DNA from: a virus
Virus genome (UHGV): UHGV-1497260
Length of the DNA stretch: 48,617 bases
Strand: one strand, 5' to 3'
Shown here: one piece after another, positions 45,622-48,617 of the stretch
How positions within the stretch are numbered: the first letter of the stretch is position 1
How the letters are laid out: the number at the start of each line of letters is the position of its first letter
Translations under genes and position numbers: made by a program
The notes under the pieces: model-generated
What the model was told of the DNA's origin: nothing
The model's database searches: none
Seen by the model: the letters and a program-made list of their open reading frames with translations, nothing else

Positions 45622-45680
45622 TAGATTGTATATTACGCTCTTCTTGCTAGATTTAATTATACCATATTTTGCAATATCAG

Positions 45681-46415
45681 TTAAGAATTTGCATTACAAT
45701 AATCAGAAAGCTTGTCCCACTCACAATCAACCCCTATTATTTTAAGAATATCATTGACTTGGCTATTTAAATCTTTAATATCTGATTTAGACATTAAAGG
45801 ATCTTTCATTATTTCATTTAGAAAAATACTATCAATGATTAAACATACATTTTCTGATATATATTCACGTTTTACTGAGATTGCTGTTCCAACTACACTT
45901 TCTTTTAATGTCTTGTATGCTACACTCATTATACATGGTTCTAACTCAATTCCTTCTAGTGTTATTTCAAAAGAATATCTTATTTTTATATTTTCATTTC
46001 CAATAAATATTTCTTCATTGCTGCTTATCTTCTTTAATTTTCTCATTATGCCTAACATCTTAGCATTCACTTCATAATTTATTCCATATCTCTTTGATGC
46101 CAAACTCGACATTAAGTCTCTTTCTAAATAAATTACCCACTGACCATTATAGGAAAATGATGTTTTAGCGATATCCATTTCTCCTTTTCCAGTAATATTA
46201 AATTTAGGCTCTAGTTTATTTATTAAGTAAATCTCATAAAAATCCATAGTATATTTATTATCTAATTCCATATACTCAAGTCTTAAATTCTTATTACACC
46301 AATTTTCTTTTTTATTACTTAAATGACTAGCGTGTCTATCACAGATATTCTCTGTTTTCCCAACGTATAAACATTCTTCCGTATCTTGATTAATATATTT
46401 ATAAACATAATACAT
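45681..46415 (-). CDS. GIY-YIG nuclease-domain protein, copy 2
   Basis: N-terminal YVYKYI...LYVGKTEN...RH..H...FYEIYLINKLEPKFN carries the GIY, YIG, Arg and Glu motifs; divergent C-terminus. Confidence 0.75.
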   Translation of the reverse strand: MYYVYKYINQDTEECLYVGKTENICDRHASHLSNKKENWCNKNLRLEYMELDNKYTMDFYEIYLINKLEPKFNITGKGEMDIAKTSFSYNGQWVIYLERDLMSSLASKRYGINYEVNAKMLGIMRKLKKISSNEEIFIGNENIKIRYSFEITLEGIELEPCIMSVAYKTLKESVVGTAISVKREYISENVCLIIDSIFLNEIMKDPLMSKSDIKDLNSQVNDILKIIGVDCEWDKLSDYCNANS

Positions 46416-46434
46416 TTTTTATTTTCTCCAATTC

Positions 46435-47235
46435 TTAATTGTCATATTTACAGCCCTTATATATTTCAAATAATTCTTGCCATGTATATCCAACTTCTAG
46501 TATGTGAAAAATATCCTCTATTTGTTGGAAAATCTCAGTAATTTTATATTCAAATGTTGGCATTAATTCCATTAAATTAGCCAAAGATCCAATCCTAATC
46601 TCTAATGTTATATTTATAAGTATTTTTTTATTTGTTGCTGTATATTCTTTCCATCTGGGATAAACTGAAATCAAAGAACAACTTCCAAATCTTTCTAATG
46701 TTTCAAAATCATATGATATCAAATTAATATCTAATTCATTCTCACAAAATTCTATATCCATATTTTCAAAGTTATATAGCACACTTAAAACATTATTTTC
46801 ATATAACATTTCAACCTTGGCATCTAACTTTTCAATTCTCTTTAAAAAATTAATAGATTTTTTACTTACTTCATATTTCATATCTATCTTTCTTTCTCTG
46901 AATCTTCTTTTTCCCTTTGTCTTTTCCTTAAAATCTTCTTCTGAATATGTACTCCAATCTTCTTCCTTGTAATCAAAAAAGATGTGTTCAGTATCCATAT
47001 CACCTTTACTTAGTTTATTAAATATTGGATTTAGTTCATTTATTAAATAAACTTCAAAAAAATCCATATTATATCTACGTGGAAGTTCAATATATTTTAA
47101 TATTAATTCTTTAGTACACCAATCTTCTTCTTTATTACTCAAATGAGATGAATGCCTTGCATATATATCTTCTGTTTTTCCAACGTATAAACATTCTTCT
47201 GTAGCTGGATCAATATATTTATAAACATAATACAT
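46435..47235 (-). CDS. GIY-YIG nuclease-domain protein, copy 1
   Basis: same motifs (YVYKYI, LYVGKTED, FEVYLINELNPIFN); first ~100 nt and the ribosome-binding-site region nearly identical to copy 2. Confidence 0.75.
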   Translation of the reverse strand: MYYVYKYIDPATEECLYVGKTEDIYARHSSHLSNKEEDWCTKELILKYIELPRRYNMDFFEVYLINELNPIFNKLSKGDMDTEHIFFDYKEEDWSTYSEEDFKEKTKGKRRFRERKIDMKYEVSKKSINFLKRIEKLDAKVEMLYENNVLSVLYNFENMDIEFCENELDINLISYDFETLERFGSCSLISVYPRWKEYTATNKKILINITLEIRIGSLANLMELMPTFEYKITEIFQQIEDIFHILEVGYTWQELFEIYKGCKYDN

Positions 47236-47254
47236 TTTTTATTTTCTCCAATTT

Positions 47255-48442
47255 TTATTTATAGTAATATCCTTCTTCATTTACTATACCTTGATCAAAT
47301 AAATTTCTCCTAACAGTTTCAAGTCTGACAGGATCTTTGCTATAATCAACTTCTCTTTCTTCTTTTTTAACATCTTCATCATCCCAATATTTATCTAATT
47401 CTTCTTTAAACTTTAAATCATCTTTTTGATGAATTATAACTTCACTTATTTTATTTGAAAGTGTTGATTTAAAAAAATCATAATTCTTTGTATTTATAAT
47501 ATCAGTATTATCTCTTTCAAATGCTATAGCAATAGACTTATTAAAAGCATTCAGATAAACATCTTTCTTAAAATCAAACTCTTTAAAATCTTCTTTAAAT
47601 AGTTTAATCGTCCCTGTTGTAAAAATATTTTCATTTGGTATATAAAAACTAAAAGACACTTCATTGTCCTGCTTCTTTTTAGGTATATAATCTTCAACCA
47701 ATATATCTTTATCAAAATATTTTCTAGGTTCATAATCTATCACAGAAAAAATTATTTCATCTATTTTTCTATTTTTTCTTTTTTCTTCTTTTATTGAAAC
47801 AACCATGTTGCCTTTTTTATTTATTTCATTCATTGCTCTTTTTAGAACATTTTGTTTAAAATATTTATACTCTGGATATACATTATCTTTTAATTTCAAA
47901 TAAAATCTTAATTCATCTAACTTATATTTTATCTCCACTTCCTTATTTTCTCTGCTCCATAGTCTAAATAAAGTGTATAACCTCTGAGTATATGCACCTC
48001 TAAAATTAAATAACACTGATAAATTAATAGCTGTATATCCATTTTTCTTTTTCTGCATTTTTACAAAATCAGTTATATGATTGTATAGAACTTCATGCAT
48101 CATAATTGTATAAATTTGGTCTGTATGATCCAATTCATATGTATTAATTAAACCACTTCCAAAAGTTTTTAACTTGCCAGTTGTCTCTTCTATATAGTCA
48201 AATTCCAAAACACTTTGTTGAAACATGTTCAAAATTTCTTTTATATTTTTATGCTCATAATCATTATTGTTTTTCATAAATACTTTTAGTTCTTCTTTTG
48301 ATATAGTTGTAACATAAGATGAATTTTGCTGTTTCTGAGCATTAAAAAGTATTTTGTAAAATAATTTATTTTCCACATTTGTAAAATCATATTTACTTTT
48401 TATTAAATTATTTGGTTGCATTAAAATTTCTTTTTTTTCCAA
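47255..48442 (-). CDS. plasmid replication initiator, Rep_3-like (iteron-binding)
   Basis: N-terminal segment NNLIKSKYDFTNVENKLFYKILFNAQ resembles the Rep_3 family signature; gene abuts the iteron array. Confidence 0.65.
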   Translation of the reverse strand: MEKKEILMQPNNLIKSKYDFTNVENKLFYKILFNAQKQQNSSYVTTISKEELKVFMKNNNDYEHKNIKEILNMFQQSVLEFDYIEETTGKLKTFGSGLINTYELDHTDQIYTIMMHEVLYNHITDFVKMQKKKNGYTAINLSVLFNFRGAYTQRLYTLFRLWSRENKEVEIKYKLDELRFYLKLKDNVYPEYKYFKQNVLKRAMNEINKKGNMVVSIKEEKRKNRKIDEIIFSVIDYEPRKYFDKDILVEDYIPKKKQDNEVSFSFYIPNENIFTTGTIKLFKEDFKEFDFKKDVYLNAFNKSIAIAFERDNTDIINTKNYDFFKSTLSNKISEVIIHQKDDLKFKEELDKYWDDEDVKKEEREVDYSKDPVRLETVRRNLFDQGIVNEEGYYYK

Positions 48443-48506
48443 AATCTATCACCTCATATAAATTATAATACCTAATTTATAAAAAGGTCAACTATTTTTG
48501 AAAGAC

Positions 48507-48617
48507 GCTCACCTTTGACCCTTAAAATGATGACCTTTGACCCTTAAAATGATGACCTTTGACCCTTAAAATGATGACCTTTCGACCCTTAAAATGATGA
48601 CCTTTGACCCTTAAAAT
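48507..48617. repeat. iteron array: one degenerate plus four 22/23-bp copies of GATGACCTTTGACCCTTAAAAT
   Basis: copies at 48529-48550, 48551-48572, 48573-48595 (one inserted C) and 48596-48617; degenerate copy at 48507-48528. Confidence 0.9.

Noticed and set aside
45712-46077. 121-aa plus-strand ORF antisense to GIY-YIG copy 2
   Set aside because: Antisense to a gene with clear GIY-YIG motifs; hydrophobic low-complexity translation.
48507-48617. Tandem short repeats considered as a CRISPR array
   Set aside because: Repeats are contiguous 22-mers without unique spacers and no cas genes are present; they fit iterons beside a Rep gene.

Overview
This AT-rich (~28-30% GC) 48.6-kb window reads as one complete mobile element. 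The same 22-bp iteron (GATGACCTTTGACCCTTAAAAT) is tandemly repeated at both window ends (1-58 and 48507-48617), so the simplest reading is a circular molecule opened inside its own iteron origin. Beside the iterons, on the minus strand, lie a Rep_3-like initiator, two tandem GIY-YIG nuclease paralogues, a type I toxin-antitoxin-like locus, a secreted-protein cargo pair, a ParM/ParR actin-type partition pair with parC-like repeats, and two BlaI/MecI/CopY-family repressors. The rest (about 2.0-41.8 kb, almost all on the plus strand) is a full temperate myovirus genome. It carries two tandem CI/Cro-like switches with different operator words, a DnaD-like initiator with a GC-rich repeat island inside the gene, a DnaB-like helicase, SSB, a phage sigma factor and an ArpU-like late activator. 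The structural and lysis genes follow: TerS/TerL, portal, capsid module, sheath/tube, tape measure, XkdP-XkdU-like baseplate, glycine-rich fibre, holin and a CD27L-like amidase endolysin, followed by an orphan C5 cytosine methyltransferase. No large integrase or att site was found, only a 214-aa catalytic-domain tyrosine recombinase. Overall interpretation: a phage-plasmid of a Clostridia-type host; the endolysin resembles Clostridioides difficile phage lysins. The observations most worth follow-up are a duplicated convergent small-gene cassette with symmetric operator variation, the hok-like type I toxin locus, the duplicated immunity modules, the BlaI-type repressors and the GIY-YIG pair. 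All functional calls are from motif reading by eye; no database search was run.
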